Translations under genes and position numbers: made by a program | The notes under the pieces: generated by a model | Database searches by the model: none | The model's input: the letters and a program-made list of their open reading frames with translations, nothing else | Told to the model about the DNA's origin: nothing | From: Candidatus Latescibacterota bacterium | Lineage (GTDB): Bacteria; Latescibacterota; UBA2968 | Assembly (NCBI GenBank): GCA_965204375.1 | Contig: OZ241986.1 | Coordinates: 3,296,001 to 3,360,000, forward strand | Reading direction: 5' to 3' | Length of the DNA stretch: 64,000 nucleotides | Shown: positions 22,710-32,965 of the stretch, piece by piece | How positions within the stretch are numbered: position 1 is the stretch's first letter | Layout of the letters: every line of letters starts with the position of its first letter

Positions 22710-24833
22710 TCAACGACGATCTTCTGCAGCCAGCGGAGGCCCAACAATGCCTGAGCTAAGCGGCTCTGTCACCTTCACAGGTATCGCCGTATTCAGTATT
22801 TCGACATAAGCATCGTAGAAATTCTGAATATTTTTCACATAGTGTACGGGCTGACCGCCTCGGCAGAAACCGTATCGCGCCCGCTCGTAATAATCCGGTT
22901 GGGACAGCAAGCGCATCGCCTTTTCCACATTGCCAAACCAGCGGTCGGGATCCCATCCCATTTCCCGCGCCAGGCGGCGGGCGTCGAGCACATGGCCGTA
23001 TCCCGCATTATAAGAAGCCAGCGCGAAGCGAATCCGCACTTCCATCGGCAGATTGTGATCGAACCTGTTGATAAGCTGATGCATGTACTTGACCCCTGCG
23101 TGAATGCTCTCCTGGGGGTCATGAAGATCGGTAAATCCCAACTGCTCTCCCGTGCTCGGCATCACCTGCATCAGCCCCTGCGCGCCGACCCAGCTAACGG
23201 CCTCTGGATCGAATCTGGATTCCTGGTACATCTGTGCGGTAATCAGACGCCAGTCCTGCCCGTATTGAGAGGCGTATTTTTTTGCCAGATCATCATAAGG
23301 CGACAACTGACCGCTCAAACCGACACGCATTGAATCTTTGGCTCTGGCGACAGCGCGCGTACTCTTAAAATACCTCTTTTTCATCATATTAAAAAACAAG
23401 CCGCCTTTTTCTTCTTTTATATATTCGTTCAATGCCGCCAGCAACTCTGAATTGCCCTTGCGAACCGCCCAGCCCAGTGCCGTGGGCTTGATACTCAAAG
23501 CGGCTTTGAGACGGCGACCATACGCGCGTTCTATATCGAGCAAATGGGAATCGCACATCGTGAGGTCATAAATACCCTCTTCAACTCCGGCTAAGATATC
23601 TTCGGTTTCTACATTGTCGGGCACTATCGCAATCTCAAGACCTTTGATGGAATCCTGCAACGCCATCAGCGTCGTATAAAACGAAGAACTGGCACGCACG
23701 TGTATCGTCCGCCCAGCCAGATCCTGAAAGCTGGCAATCGAATCGTCATCCGCATGCACCACCACCAGTTCACTCACTTCATTATAGGGTAGCGTAAATG
23801 CCGTCTGCTCTTGCCGTTCATCAGTGATCGTCATTGCCGAAGCCACGACATCGCCCTTGCCTTCATTTAAATACGGCAACAGTTCGGCGTGACTATTCGG
23901 AATGACAATCTCGAGATTCAGGTCGTGCTGCGAGGCAAATCGCTTCATAAGCTCGTATTCGAATCCTATCTGCTGTCCCCGATAGATAAAATAAGTCATC
24001 GCATTATTGCGCGTAATCATGCGCAACCGGCGGCGTTCTTTCAGACCGGGTAGATCATCGGTAAACGTTTGCTGGCGATGGCGCGTAAATTGATGCGCCA
24101 GCAAATACTCATCCACCACGACCTTGAGCTTTGTATCGTTTGGTCGCATCATCAGGGCGAGCGGACGCTTTTCGGCCACAACGAGCGGTGCGACGAGATT
24201 ATCGTGATAATTGGCAATGGCATGCCATAAATGCGCGTCGCACAAGGTCGCTTTGAATCTGCCCTGAGCAATGCCTTTAATCAGACCCTCAGTACCGATC
24301 GTATCTGACACAGTGTGGATGCGTAAAGACGGCACCTCCTTCTGAACATTGATCAAGGTCTGATAATACGAACTGGACTGTCGCACGCTGACCTCCATAC
24401 CAGCAAGATCAGCTACTGTCTCGGGCAGGCTATCTGCCCGCGCTGTAATCAAATATTCATCAACGTATAAATACGGAACTGAAAACGCTGCTATCTTTTC
24501 TCGATCCGGTGTAATCGTCAAGCTGGAAGCGATAATATCGCCCTCGCCTTCGAGTAGTTTCTCCAACATCTGAACATAATTATCGGACTTTACAAGCTCC
24601 AACTTCAGATTGAGTGCATCCGCCAGACTATGGGCGATATCGTAGTCCAGGGTCACCGGCTCCGCCTGCCGGGGAATATAGGTAATCGGCTCTTCACTAA
24701 CGATCACCCGCAATACGCCGCGATCCTGCAATTGCGGAAGATCGCCGGTGTATTTTGGTAAGGGTTGTTTCTCGCTGCACTGTACAAAAGCACATAAGAA
24801 CATCAGTGCTGGGGGAATCATACGATGCAACAT
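22710..24833 (-). CDS. mltF: MltF-like lytic transglycosylase with two tandem SBP_bac_3 domains
   Basis: Two GDLxxL..RxxLRV/I..GEGDI/V repeats; AQMYQESRF, GAQGLMQVMP, ALASYNAGYGHV. Confidence 0.85.
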   Translation of the reverse strand: MLHRMIPPALMFLCAFVQCSEKQPLPKYTGDLPQLQDRGVLRVIVSEEPITYIPRQAEPVTLDYDIAHSLADALNLKLELVKSDNYVQMLEKLLEGEGDIIASSLTITPDREKIAAFSVPYLYVDEYLITARADSLPETVADLAGMEVSVRQSSSYYQTLINVQKEVPSLRIHTVSDTIGTEGLIKGIAQGRFKATLCDAHLWHAIANYHDNLVAPLVVAEKRPLALMMRPNDTKLKVVVDEYLLAHQFTRHRQQTFTDDLPGLKERRRLRMITRNNAMTYFIYRGQQIGFEYELMKRFASQHDLNLEIVIPNSHAELLPYLNEGKGDVVASAMTITDERQEQTAFTLPYNEVSELVVVHADDDSIASFQDLAGRTIHVRASSSFYTTLMALQDSIKGLEIAIVPDNVETEDILAGVEEGIYDLTMCDSHLLDIERAYGRRLKAALSIKPTALGWAVRKGNSELLAALNEYIKEEKGGLFFNMMKKRYFKSTRAVARAKDSMRVGLSGQLSPYDDLAKKYASQYGQDWRLITAQMYQESRFDPEAVSWVGAQGLMQVMPSTGEQLGFTDLHDPQESIHAGVKYMHQLINRFDHNLPMEVRIRFALASYNAGYGHVLDARRLAREMGWDPDRWFGNVEKAMRLLSQPDYYERARYGFCRGGQPVHYVKNIQNFYDAYVEILNTAIPVKVTEPLSSGIVGPPLAAEDRR

Positions 24834-24913
24834 AAGGTGTATCTCCTTTCAATATATAGCCTCATCGCCGGGTCAATGGGCTAAATACTTCGCGGTATTT
24901 CCTCCCAAAGAAG

Positions 24914-24945
24914 AAGGGATTGCGATATAATCGCACCCCTTTTTT
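24914..24945 (-). terminator. Probable terminator after the STAS genes
   Basis: aaggggtgcgat / atcgcaatccctt hairpin. Confidence 0.5.
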
Positions 24946-24978
24946 ATGAACGAAATACAGATGATAGTTTGAGGCGAT

Positions 24979-25344
24979 TTATGTTTCCCGTCTCCCCGGC
25001 GGGTCGGACACAAAACTTTCAATCGCCGCGTCAACCGATTCCAACGTGCGAAAATGTGACGACAACTTTCCGACCATCATCAAACTCTCCATCCGGTTTG
25101 CAATGCCAGCCAACCTGAGATCGCCTCCTGCATTTCTCAACATCTCCAGGCTGACCGCCAATACGCCCAACATCGTGCTACCAAACCACTTCACTCTGGA
25201 AAAATCAACCACGACATTGGTAATGCCATCGGCCATGACCTCTTCGACATAGTGCTGAAAAGGAACGACCGTAGGACCACTCATAAGGGTACCCGATACA
25301 GTTATAATCGCAACCTGGTCGCGAATGTCAACTTTGACTCTCAT
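24979..25344 (-). CDS. STAS-domain anti-sigma factor antagonist, paralog 2
   Basis: VVVDFSRVKWFGSTMLGVL, GGDLRL. Confidence 0.88.
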   Translation of the reverse strand: MRVKVDIRDQVAIITVSGTLMSGPTVVPFQHYVEEVMADGITNVVVDFSRVKWFGSTMLGVLAVSLEMLRNAGGDLRLAGIANRMESLMMVGKLSSHFRTLESVDAAIESFVSDPPGRRET

Positions 25345-25356
25345 GTAAAAAAATCG

Positions 25357-25707
25357 CTATGCATCCTGATCCGCAAAACTCTCCACAGCCCGATCTACTG
25401 TATCCAGGGTCGTAAAAATATTTGCCAACTGCGTAACCATCAAAATACTTTCAATCTTCCTGGTAACACCCGTCAATCTCAAATCACCGCCTTCACCGCG
25501 CAGCGTCGTCAAACTCGCCGTTAGCACGCCTAACATAGCACTGCCAAACCATCTCACCCTGGAAAAATCAACCACTACCTTTTTTACCCCCTCATTTGCA
25601 AGTTTTTTAATATGATCTTGGAAAGGGGCAACCTCGGGGCCGCTCATCAATTCACCCGACAGGGTTAAGACAGCGACATCGCCTCGAATCTTTTCCGAAA
25701 TTCTCAT
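25357..25707 (-). CDS. STAS-domain anti-sigma factor antagonist, paralog 1
   Basis: VVVDFSRVRWFGSAMLGVL, GGDLRL; GGAGG RBS before ATG 25707. Confidence 0.88.
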   Translation of the reverse strand: MRISEKIRGDVAVLTLSGELMSGPEVAPFQDHIKKLANEGVKKVVVDFSRVRWFGSAMLGVLTASLTTLRGEGGDLRLTGVTRKIESILMVTQLANIFTTLDTVDRAVESFADQDA

Positions 25708-25808
25708 ACCAACCTCCAAAACCAGAACTTATTGAATATCAGGCAGGGCACTGAAAATAAGACTGAACGAGAAAAAAATCAAGCTTATCAGTTGATATTA
25801 TGCAGCGA

Positions 25809-25855
25809 CTCTATATCTTGTGATTTATTTAAAATGAGATATACAAGATATGGTG
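25809..25855. promoter_or_regulatory. Pair of NrdR-box-like palindromes
   Basis: ctctatatcttgtg (25809-25822) and tacaagatatggtg (25842-25855), centres 33 bp apart; resemble acaCwAtATaTwGtg. Confidence 0.4.
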
Positions 25856-25903
25856 GTAAAATGAAGCTTTTTTCATAAACTGCGTAACATCAGTTATCAG
25901 TTA

Positions 25904-26383
25904 TCAACTGTTTTCTCCCGCCTCAATCACCATTTGCAGGGCAGCATCTGCTATCGCATTGCGAATCGCATCGCGATCCCCATCAAACTGAAAGATCTCA
26001 CACACCACGCCTTCTGCACCGGCAACTGCGATATACGCCGTACCGATGGGCTTGGGCGACCGCCCGCGAATGGGACCAGCGATCCCGGTCTCGGCCAGGC
26101 CCAAATCTGCACCACTCACTTTTCGCACGCCCTTGGCCATCTCGCACGCTGCTTCCGCGCTCACTGCACCATACGTATCCATCACCTTTTCATCTATCCC
26201 CAGCATCTCGCATTTAGACAACGCGCTATACGCAATAACCCCGCGCTCATAATAAGCCGAACTACCCGGAACCGAAACAATGCGAGCGCTGATCAGTCCC
26301 CCTGTTGTGGTTTCTGCAACTGCAATAGTCCAGTCTCGTTCTCGAAGCAATTTGCCGAGCTTTACTTCCAACTGTTCAGACAT
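25904..26383 (-). CDS. pncC: CinA C-terminal domain protein / NMN deamidase
   Basis: AVAETTTGG, VPGSSAYY, GAVS..A..MA.G, TGIAGP, PIGT. Confidence 0.8.
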   Translation of the reverse strand: MSEQLEVKLGKLLRERDWTIAVAETTTGGLISARIVSVPGSSAYYERGVIAYSALSKCEMLGIDEKVMDTYGAVSAEAACEMAKGVRKVSGADLGLAETGIAGPIRGRSPKPIGTAYIAVAGAEGVVCEIFQFDGDRDAIRNAIADAALQMVIEAGENS

Positions 26384-26386
26384 GTT

Positions 26387-27385
26387 TCACCGCTGATCAA
26401 TAACCACAGGGGAACCCGATTTTGAAGACGCATAAGCTGCGCAAAAGAGCTCAACAGATTTTCGTCCCTCTTCACCCGACACCACAGGAGCCGTGCCTTT
26501 GGTGATAGCAGAAACCATATCCTCTGCAATATTGGCAGGCGCATCGGGCACTTCAAAACGGCTCAAATCTACCAATTCCTCATCCTTTGTCATCACTTCT
26601 ATACCGCCGCGTTGATCCCACCGCACAGTGCCTTCCGTGCCGCTGATCTCCACTTGTGTCCCCAAATTTGGATAACTCGATGTCGTGGTCGTAATAAGCC
26701 CCCACGCACCGCTTTGAAATGTCAACTGTGCAATTGTAATATCTTCCGTTTCAATATCGTGTGTCATGGTTGCACTGCGCCCATAAACTTCCTTTACTGG
26801 GCCGAGCAACCAGCAGATGAGATCGACAAAATGCACACCCTGATTGGCTATCGAGCCGCCCTCTGTCTCTTTGCGGCTGCGCCACCCCATGGGAAAGCCC
26901 CCATTGTAATAGCTCTGCTCGCGCCACCACTTCATCTTCACATCACCCAAAAAAACCTGTCCAATGATCCCCTGATCAATAGCGGCCTTCAATTGCTGGT
27001 TTGCCTTAGAATAGCGATTCCCAAAATCCACTGCCAGAACCTTCCCCGCATCTTTTGCCGCCTGAATCGCCGCATCGCACTTTTCCACGAGAATATCCAT
27101 TGGCTTGGTGACAAATGCGTGTTTGCCTGCTTCTATCGCTTCAATGGCGTAATCGCAATGCGTACCACTGGACGTATAGATACCGATCGCATCGATATCA
27201 TCGCGCGCAAACATCGCCTTGTAATTCGTCGTCCAGTCGCATCCGTACTCTTCGGCCTCTTCCACAGCCTTGTCTTCCTGTAAATCGCACACGCAAACCA
27301 ATGCACTGCCCTCTGCTGCTGCCACCTGTTTCGCTGCTCCGCGACCGCGTCCCAATCCCATAATACCAAATCTAACGCTCGACAT
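26387..27385 (-). CDS. Gfo/Idh/MocA-family oxidoreductase
   Basis: GIMGLG, GKHAFVTKPM, GGSIANQGVHFVD. Confidence 0.88.
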   Translation of the reverse strand: MSSVRFGIMGLGRGRGAAKQVAAAEGSALVCVCDLQEDKAVEEAEEYGCDWTTNYKAMFARDDIDAIGIYTSSGTHCDYAIEAIEAGKHAFVTKPMDILVEKCDAAIQAAKDAGKVLAVDFGNRYSKANQQLKAAIDQGIIGQVFLGDVKMKWWREQSYYNGGFPMGWRSRKETEGGSIANQGVHFVDLICWLLGPVKEVYGRSATMTHDIETEDITIAQLTFQSGAWGLITTTTSSYPNLGTQVEISGTEGTVRWDQRGGIEVMTKDEELVDLSRFEVPDAPANIAEDMVSAITKGTAPVVSGEEGRKSVELFCAAYASSKSGSPVVIDQR

Positions 27386-30092
27386 TTGAATCTCCCTCTG
27401 AAAGTACCGCGAGATTTTCTCGCAACTTCGACAGTGTATCCCGATACTCGCGCTCGCGCTCGCGCTCTTTTGCCACGACCTCTGTGGGGGCATTATTCAA
27501 AAAACCCGCATTGCTCAACTTCTTCTCCAATCCCCCCAGCGCCTTTTCCAATCCCCCAATCTCCTTCTCCAATCTCTGACGTTCCACAGTGAGATCAATC
27601 ACGCCGGCCAGAGGCACAAAAATTTCCACATCGCCAACCACAGCACTCGCAGACGCTGCCGGGCGTTCCACAGCCTCACCCAGGGTCAAATTTTCAATGC
27701 GCCCCAACGCCTTCATATAGCCCTGAACAGACGTCAAAATCGCACGTGCCTCCTCTGAACTCGTCTTACACACCACATCCACGCGCTTGCCCGGCGGAAT
27801 ACGCATTGTACCTCGAATATGGCGCACAGCACCCACCACATCCCGCATCAAAACCATTTCTCGCTCGGCCGCTTTATCAAATTGCGTTTTGTCGCATTTG
27901 GGCCAGGGCGCAGCAATAAGTGCCTCGCCTTCGCGTGGAAATGTTTGCCACAACGCCTCTGAAATAAAAGGCGCAACGGGATGCAACAGGCGCAGCGTGC
28001 CTTCAAACACGACACACAAAACCGACTGCGCGGTTTGACGGGCGCTTTGATCATCGCCATACAGGCGCACTTTCGCCATCTCCACATACCAATCGCAATA
28101 CGCGCTCCACACAAAATCGTACAACGCGCGCGCCGCTTCGTCAAAGCGATACGCCTCCAAAGCCTCTGTAACCTGCAACACCGTGCGATTGTACAAACTC
28201 AAAATCCACCGATCAGAAAGATCCGTAACCGGCTCGGGGACCGTTTGCAACGCCACATCGCGTATGTCGCGATCGTCCAGATTCATTTGTACAAACCGCG
28301 CGGCATTCCAGATCTTGTTGCAAAAATTACGACACATTTCTGCAATAGGCGAATCTTGCAACTTATTATCCTTCACATCGGCATCGAACCGAATATCCTG
28401 TGAACTGCCGCATTGATACAAAAGCGACAGGCGCGTGGCATCTGCGCCATAGCGGTCAATCAATTCGCGCGGATCAATTCCCGTACCCAGCGACTTGCTC
28501 ATGCGCTTGCCATCGCGCGTTTGCACCGTGGGATGAACCAGCACCGTCCGAAACGGAATCTCGCCCACAAATTCAACAGCCGTCATAATCATCCGAATCA
28601 CCCACAGATACAAAATATCCCGTCCCGTAATCATCAAATCCGTCGGATGAAATAGCTTCAAATCCTCCGTATCTTCGGGCCAACCCAGCGTTGCAAAAGG
28701 CCACAGCGCCGAGGAAAACCACGTATCGAGCACATCTGGGTCTTGCGTCAACTGCTGACTGCCACACGCTGTACACACCTCGGGTGGCTCTGCATTCACA
28801 ATCACCTCACCGCAATTTTCACACGTCCACACCGGAATGCGGTGCCCCCACCACAGTTGCCTCGAAATACACCAGTCGCGGATATTCTCCAGCCATTCAA
28901 TCGAATATTCTCGAAACCGATCCGGCACATAATCGATCTTTTTTTCTCGCATCAGGGGCAAAATTAAATCGGCCAAATCGCGCATCGCCACAAACCACTG
29001 CTCCATAGGCATCGGTTCAATCACCGTGCCACAACGGTCGTGATGGGGCACCGCGTGGGTATAATCCTCAATTTTTTCCATCAACCCTATCTTGTCGAGT
29101 GCCTCAACCACCGCCTTGCGACACGCATACCGGTCCTGCCCAACATAAGCACCCGCATCCTCTGTCATTTCGCCATTCAGACCAATAACCGCGATTTCGG
29201 GCAAATCGTGACGCTGCCCTATCTCGTAATCATTGGGATCGTGTCCCGGCGTCACCTTCACCGCACCACTCCCCATTTCCGGATCGGCATAGTCATCTGC
29301 CACAATGGGAATGGGGCGGTCCATAAGCGGCAACATCACCATTTTACCCACGGCATCGCGCCATCGCGCATCAGATGGATGTACCGCCACCCCGGTATCA
29401 CCCAGCATGGTTTCCGGGCGCGTTGTCGCCACAACCACATCGGGCGCGTCATCTATCCCTTTGTACCGAATATGCCACAGGTGGCTATGGACCTCTCTTT
29501 CTTCCACCTCGAGATCGGAAATCACAGTGCCGCACTGCGGACACCAGTTCACCATGCGTTTGCCCCGATAAATCCAGCCCTTCTCGTAAAAACGCACAAA
29601 TGTTTCCAACACCGCCCGCACGTACTCATCATCCATTGTAAATCGCTCGCGCGACCAGTCATAACTACAGCCCAACTCGCGCAATTGTCGCAAAATTGTG
29701 CTGCCGTATTTTTCCCGCCAGGCCCATATCCGTTTCAACAAATCTCTGCGCCCAATTTCGCGGCGCGTCTTTTTTTCGTTCTCCCAGATCTCTTGCTCCA
29801 CCTTCATCTGCGTGCCAATACCCGCGTGATCTGTACCGGGCAAACACAGCGTGCGAAATCCCCGCATCCGCTTATACCGAATCATCGCGTCGTGAATCGC
29901 GTGCTGTAGCGCGTGTCCCATGTGCAACTCCCCCGTCACATTGGGCGGAGGAATCGTCACCGTATAGGCAGGACCTGTCGCGCGAAACTCCGGGCGAAAA
30001 TATCCCTTCCTGTGCCAAAAATCATACCACGTCTTTTCGATATCTTTTGGATCGTAGGCACGCTCCAAAGCTTTATTCTTCATCGTCTCCAT
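27372..30092 (-). CDS. valS: Valine--tRNA ligase
   Basis: PPPNVTGELHMGH, ATTRPET, DWCISRQLWWGH, RMSKS, C-terminal coiled coil. Confidence 0.98.
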   Translation of the reverse strand: METMKNKALERAYDPKDIEKTWYDFWHRKGYFRPEFRATGPAYTVTIPPPNVTGELHMGHALQHAIHDAMIRYKRMRGFRTLCLPGTDHAGIGTQMKVEQEIWENEKKTRREIGRRDLLKRIWAWREKYGSTILRQLRELGCSYDWSRERFTMDDEYVRAVLETFVRFYEKGWIYRGKRMVNWCPQCGTVISDLEVEEREVHSHLWHIRYKGIDDAPDVVVATTRPETMLGDTGVAVHPSDARWRDAVGKMVMLPLMDRPIPIVADDYADPEMGSGAVKVTPGHDPNDYEIGQRHDLPEIAVIGLNGEMTEDAGAYVGQDRYACRKAVVEALDKIGLMEKIEDYTHAVPHHDRCGTVIEPMPMEQWFVAMRDLADLILPLMREKKIDYVPDRFREYSIEWLENIRDWCISRQLWWGHRIPVWTCENCGEVIVNAEPPEVCTACGSQQLTQDPDVLDTWFSSALWPFATLGWPEDTEDLKLFHPTDLMITGRDILYLWVIRMIMTAVEFVGEIPFRTVLVHPTVQTRDGKRMSKSLGTGIDPRELIDRYGADATRLSLLYQCGSSQDIRFDADVKDNKLQDSPIAEMCRNFCNKIWNAARFVQMNLDDRDIRDVALQTVPEPVTDLSDRWILSLYNRTVLQVTEALEAYRFDEAARALYDFVWSAYCDWYVEMAKVRLYGDDQSARQTAQSVLCVVFEGTLRLLHPVAPFISEALWQTFPREGEALIAAPWPKCDKTQFDKAAEREMVLMRDVVGAVRHIRGTMRIPPGKRVDVVCKTSSEEARAILTSVQGYMKALGRIENLTLGEAVERPAASASAVVGDVEIFVPLAGVIDLTVERQRLEKEIGGLEKALGGLEKKLSNAGFLNNAPTEVVAKEREREREYRDTLSKLRENLAVLSEGDSNVER

Positions 30093-30105
30093 TACTCCTT
30101 CTTTC

Positions 30106-31644
30106 CTAAATCGAATAACTTCGCCACCCCTCATAAATCGTCCGCACAGATACTTTAATCACCGCTGTTGTGGGCACGGCCAATAACATGCCAACTGCGC
30201 CAAACAACTCGCTGCCGACGAACACCGCAAAAATGACGAGCAGAGGATGCAAATTAACACTGCGTCCAACCACCATAGGAGCGACAAAAACATTATCTAC
30301 GAGCTGAACGATCGCAAACACAATAATCACTGGAATAACCACACCAAAACTCAGCGCAGAATATTGCAATACAGCGGCAACAACACCGGCAATAATCCCA
30401 ATCGCAGGTCCCATATAGGGAATTACATTGGCCAAACCAGCGAGAAGACCAATCACCAAAAAATGTTCCAGACCGATGATATAAAGTCCGGTACTTGACA
30501 AAAGCGAAACAATTATTACAGACAACACCATACCGCGCATATAGCTCCCCAATTGCCTGTCAATGCGATGCAACAGATTTAATATCAGTTCAAAATATCG
30601 ATTTGGCACCTGCTCGATAATCGCACGCTTGATCGTTCTGCCCTCTGCCAAAAAAAAGAATAAAGCAAACGGCACAATGATAAACAAGGTAAGTCCCGAT
30701 AGCAATTGCCCGACCAATCCGGGAGTTTCCTTAAGCAAAATTGTCACGACGTTTTGCAGATACTGATTCGCGGCCTGTATCCAATCGCGGCCCTTGAGCA
30801 CAGGCAAAATTTCTTCCTCCCAATCGCGGCCCTTGAGCATTGGCAAAATTTCTTCGAGATAGGTCTGAGCTGATTTCAGCCACGGCAGGAATGAAGTTTC
30901 ATAAACTGACTTGAGTGCCATCAAAGAACTGGGCTTGTATTTGCCAAACGCATGTTTTGTCGCCGAGATTAAAATTTTAGATGTGCCAAATTGAACCGAA
31001 GCCATTGTATCCGAAACCGATGACACATCCTCCATATTCCCTCTAAGCGTCAACACAATAGAATCTTCCCGGCTGCCAGACGAACCGTACAACCTCAAAG
31101 ACGCCTGGCGCGGTTCATCCGCTTGTGGAGAAAATACCACGCGCAGTGTATCTCGCCCACCGACCACTTTTGGGTTGGCCTGTGGGGCAGCGGATTCCGC
31201 GTCTCCCCCACCGGGTGTCAATTCCAGGGGCAAGCCTTCGACCTTAAAATCTTCGAGTTCGCTCTCAAACCGATCAATCATCACCACATCATCGCCCGTA
31301 TTTTCCACCACACAGTACCATGTGCCCTGCTCACCAATAATGCTCTTGACCATATCCTCCGTACCGCGCACAATCATAGGCGCGACCACAATAAGCGGAA
31401 TGACCACAATTGCAAAAACAGCCAGCAAGACAACAACCACGGCGATAAGACGATTTAAGCGGTGCGATTCGAGAAAATCAACCACGGGCATGAGAAAATA
31501 CGACAGCACAAACGCAATAAAAAAAGGGACCAGCGTACTTCGAATAGTATATAGCAACCAGATCATCACAACGATGAGGCTCAAAAAAATCACAATACGC
31601 AAAATCTGAGCAGTGCCCAGGCCGCCAGAAGAGGGTTCATTCAT
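30106..31644 (-). CDS. AI-2E (PerM) family transporter with inserted Ig-like domain
   Basis: PFFIAFVLSYFLMPVVDFL, IPYMGP, VGRSVNLHPL, GMLLAVP; ~130-aa beta-rich insert. Confidence 0.85.
   Translation of the reverse strand: MNEPSSGGLGTAQILRIVIFLSLIVVMIWLLYTIRSTLVPFFIAFVLSYFLMPVVDFLESHRLNRLIAVVVVLLAVFAIVVIPLIVVAPMIVRGTEDMVKSIIGEQGTWYCVVENTGDDVVMIDRFESELEDFKVEGLPLELTPGGGDAESAAPQANPKVVGGRDTLRVVFSPQADEPRQASLRLYGSSGSREDSIVLTLRGNMEDVSSVSDTMASVQFGTSKILISATKHAFGKYKPSSLMALKSVYETSFLPWLKSAQTYLEEILPMLKGRDWEEEILPVLKGRDWIQAANQYLQNVVTILLKETPGLVGQLLSGLTLFIIVPFALFFFLAEGRTIKRAIIEQVPNRYFELILNLLHRIDRQLGSYMRGMVLSVIIVSLLSSTGLYIIGLEHFLVIGLLAGLANVIPYMGPAIGIIAGVVAAVLQYSALSFGVVIPVIIVFAIVQLVDNVFVAPMVVGRSVNLHPLLVIFAVFVGSELFGAVGMLLAVPTTAVIKVSVRTIYEGWRSYSI
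30781..30855. repeat. In-frame 39-bp tandem duplication
   Basis: ccaatcgcggcccttgagca..ggcaaaatttcttc twice (EEILP[M/V]LKGRDW x2). Confidence 0.9.
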
Positions 31645-32174
31645 GACGCGTCTTCTCCGTCCTCTTTTTGTTTTGCCGCCAACTCATCTCGAGCCACCTG
31701 CAAACTGTGATTGGTTTGCCGCAATCGCTCCGCGATAATCCGCGCAAGTTGAATGGCAATTTTTACCCCCAAATGAGGTCGTTGTTCCGCCAACTGATGC
31801 AGTGCGTCTCGCGGGAAAAGTGCCAACCTGGTATCTTCTATCGCCACTGCTGCTGCTGTTCTCGGCACACCTTCCAAAAGTGCTGTTTCACCAAAAAAGG
31901 AACCGGATTCAGATTGGGCAAGCAGCACTTTCTCGCCGTCTTCACCATCCTTTTGAATCACTTCTACACACCCTTTTAACACCACGTAAACGCCGTCTCC
32001 CGGTGCATCCTGTTCAAAAACAACATCGCCCGTTGAATACTTCCGAATTTTTAAAAGCTCTACCACCGCCTCCATCTCTCGGCGGTTCAGTTCCCGAAAC
32101 AGTGGAATGGCGCGCAATTTGGGAAATAATGGCTTTTCGCGCTCCAACCAGCGCTGTAGAAATCGATTCATCAC
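31641..32174 (-). CDS. Stand-alone cyclic nucleotide-binding domain protein
   Basis: VFEQDAPGDGVYVVLKG, GSFFGETALL..PRTA; no HTH. Confidence 0.88.
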   Translation of the reverse strand: MMNRFLQRWLEREKPLFPKLRAIPLFRELNRREMEAVVELLKIRKYSTGDVVFEQDAPGDGVYVVLKGCVEVIQKDGEDGEKVLLAQSESGSFFGETALLEGVPRTAAAVAIEDTRLALFPRDALHQLAEQRPHLGVKIAIQLARIIAERLRQTNHSLQVARDELAAKQKEDGEDAS

Positions 32175-32179
32175 AAATC

Positions 32180-32965
32180 CTATATCTCCGCGCGATAAGG
32201 CATCACAGGCTCTGCTGCCCTTAAGCGTTCAAAAAAATCCAGCGCCTTTGGACGATAGCGCGATTCGATGTGTTGATCAAAAAACGCGCGCAATATTCGC
32301 GTCACCTCTGCGCGGTTTACACCCCGCAAGAGGGAAAGATCAATGCGGTCGGGACGTCCCACTTGTAGATGCGCCATAAAATTTATCGTCTCGAACTGCA
32401 CGCGCATGCCCGCCCCTGCATGGTTGTCACAAAGAGTGCCGCCCAGGCCGGGGCTGAACCCCAGACGGTGTCCCTGGAGACGAGCACCACATTGAACACA
32501 CCCACTCATATGGGGGCGATACCCCACCGCACTCGCAGCGCGAATTTGGAAATACCACACCGGTACATCCAGGGCTATTTCAGCAATGCTCCCCACCCAT
32601 TGCATCGCTTCAAGTGCAATACTAAACAAAAGTGGATTGCGGTCTTCATCCTCTGTAATATAATCCAGAAATTCGCATATCGCACTTCCGGCTGCCATCC
32701 GACCATAGTGTTGTTTTACCGGTTCAAAAGCGTGTGCAATATCGCCTTCGCTCAATATTTGCAACTCTCGATTATCCTGTCGATAAAAAACATAATGCCC
32801 CCACGTCATCGGTTCAAGACTCGCGCCAAATTTGCTTTTGGGTCGTCGCGCTCCTTTGGCTACCAGACGCAACTTGCCGTAATCGCGAGAAAACAGCACC
32901 ACAACCTTGCTGCTTTCACTCATGCGAAAACCGCGCAACACCAATCCATCGGTATGGCAAATCAC
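32180..32965 (-). CDS. recO: DNA repair protein RecO
   Basis: ESSKVV.LFSRDYGKL..VAKGARRPKSKFGASLEP, CVQC..GGTLC. Confidence 0.92.
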   Translation of the reverse strand: MICHTDGLVLRGFRMSESSKVVVLFSRDYGKLRLVAKGARRPKSKFGASLEPMTWGHYVFYRQDNRELQILSEGDIAHAFEPVKQHYGRMAAGSAICEFLDYITEDEDRNPLLFSIALEAMQWVGSIAEIALDVPVWYFQIRAASAVGYRPHMSGCVQCGARLQGHRLGFSPGLGGTLCDNHAGAGMRVQFETINFMAHLQVGRPDRIDLSLLRGVNRAEVTRILRAFFDQHIESRYRPKALDFFERLRAAEPVMPYRAEI

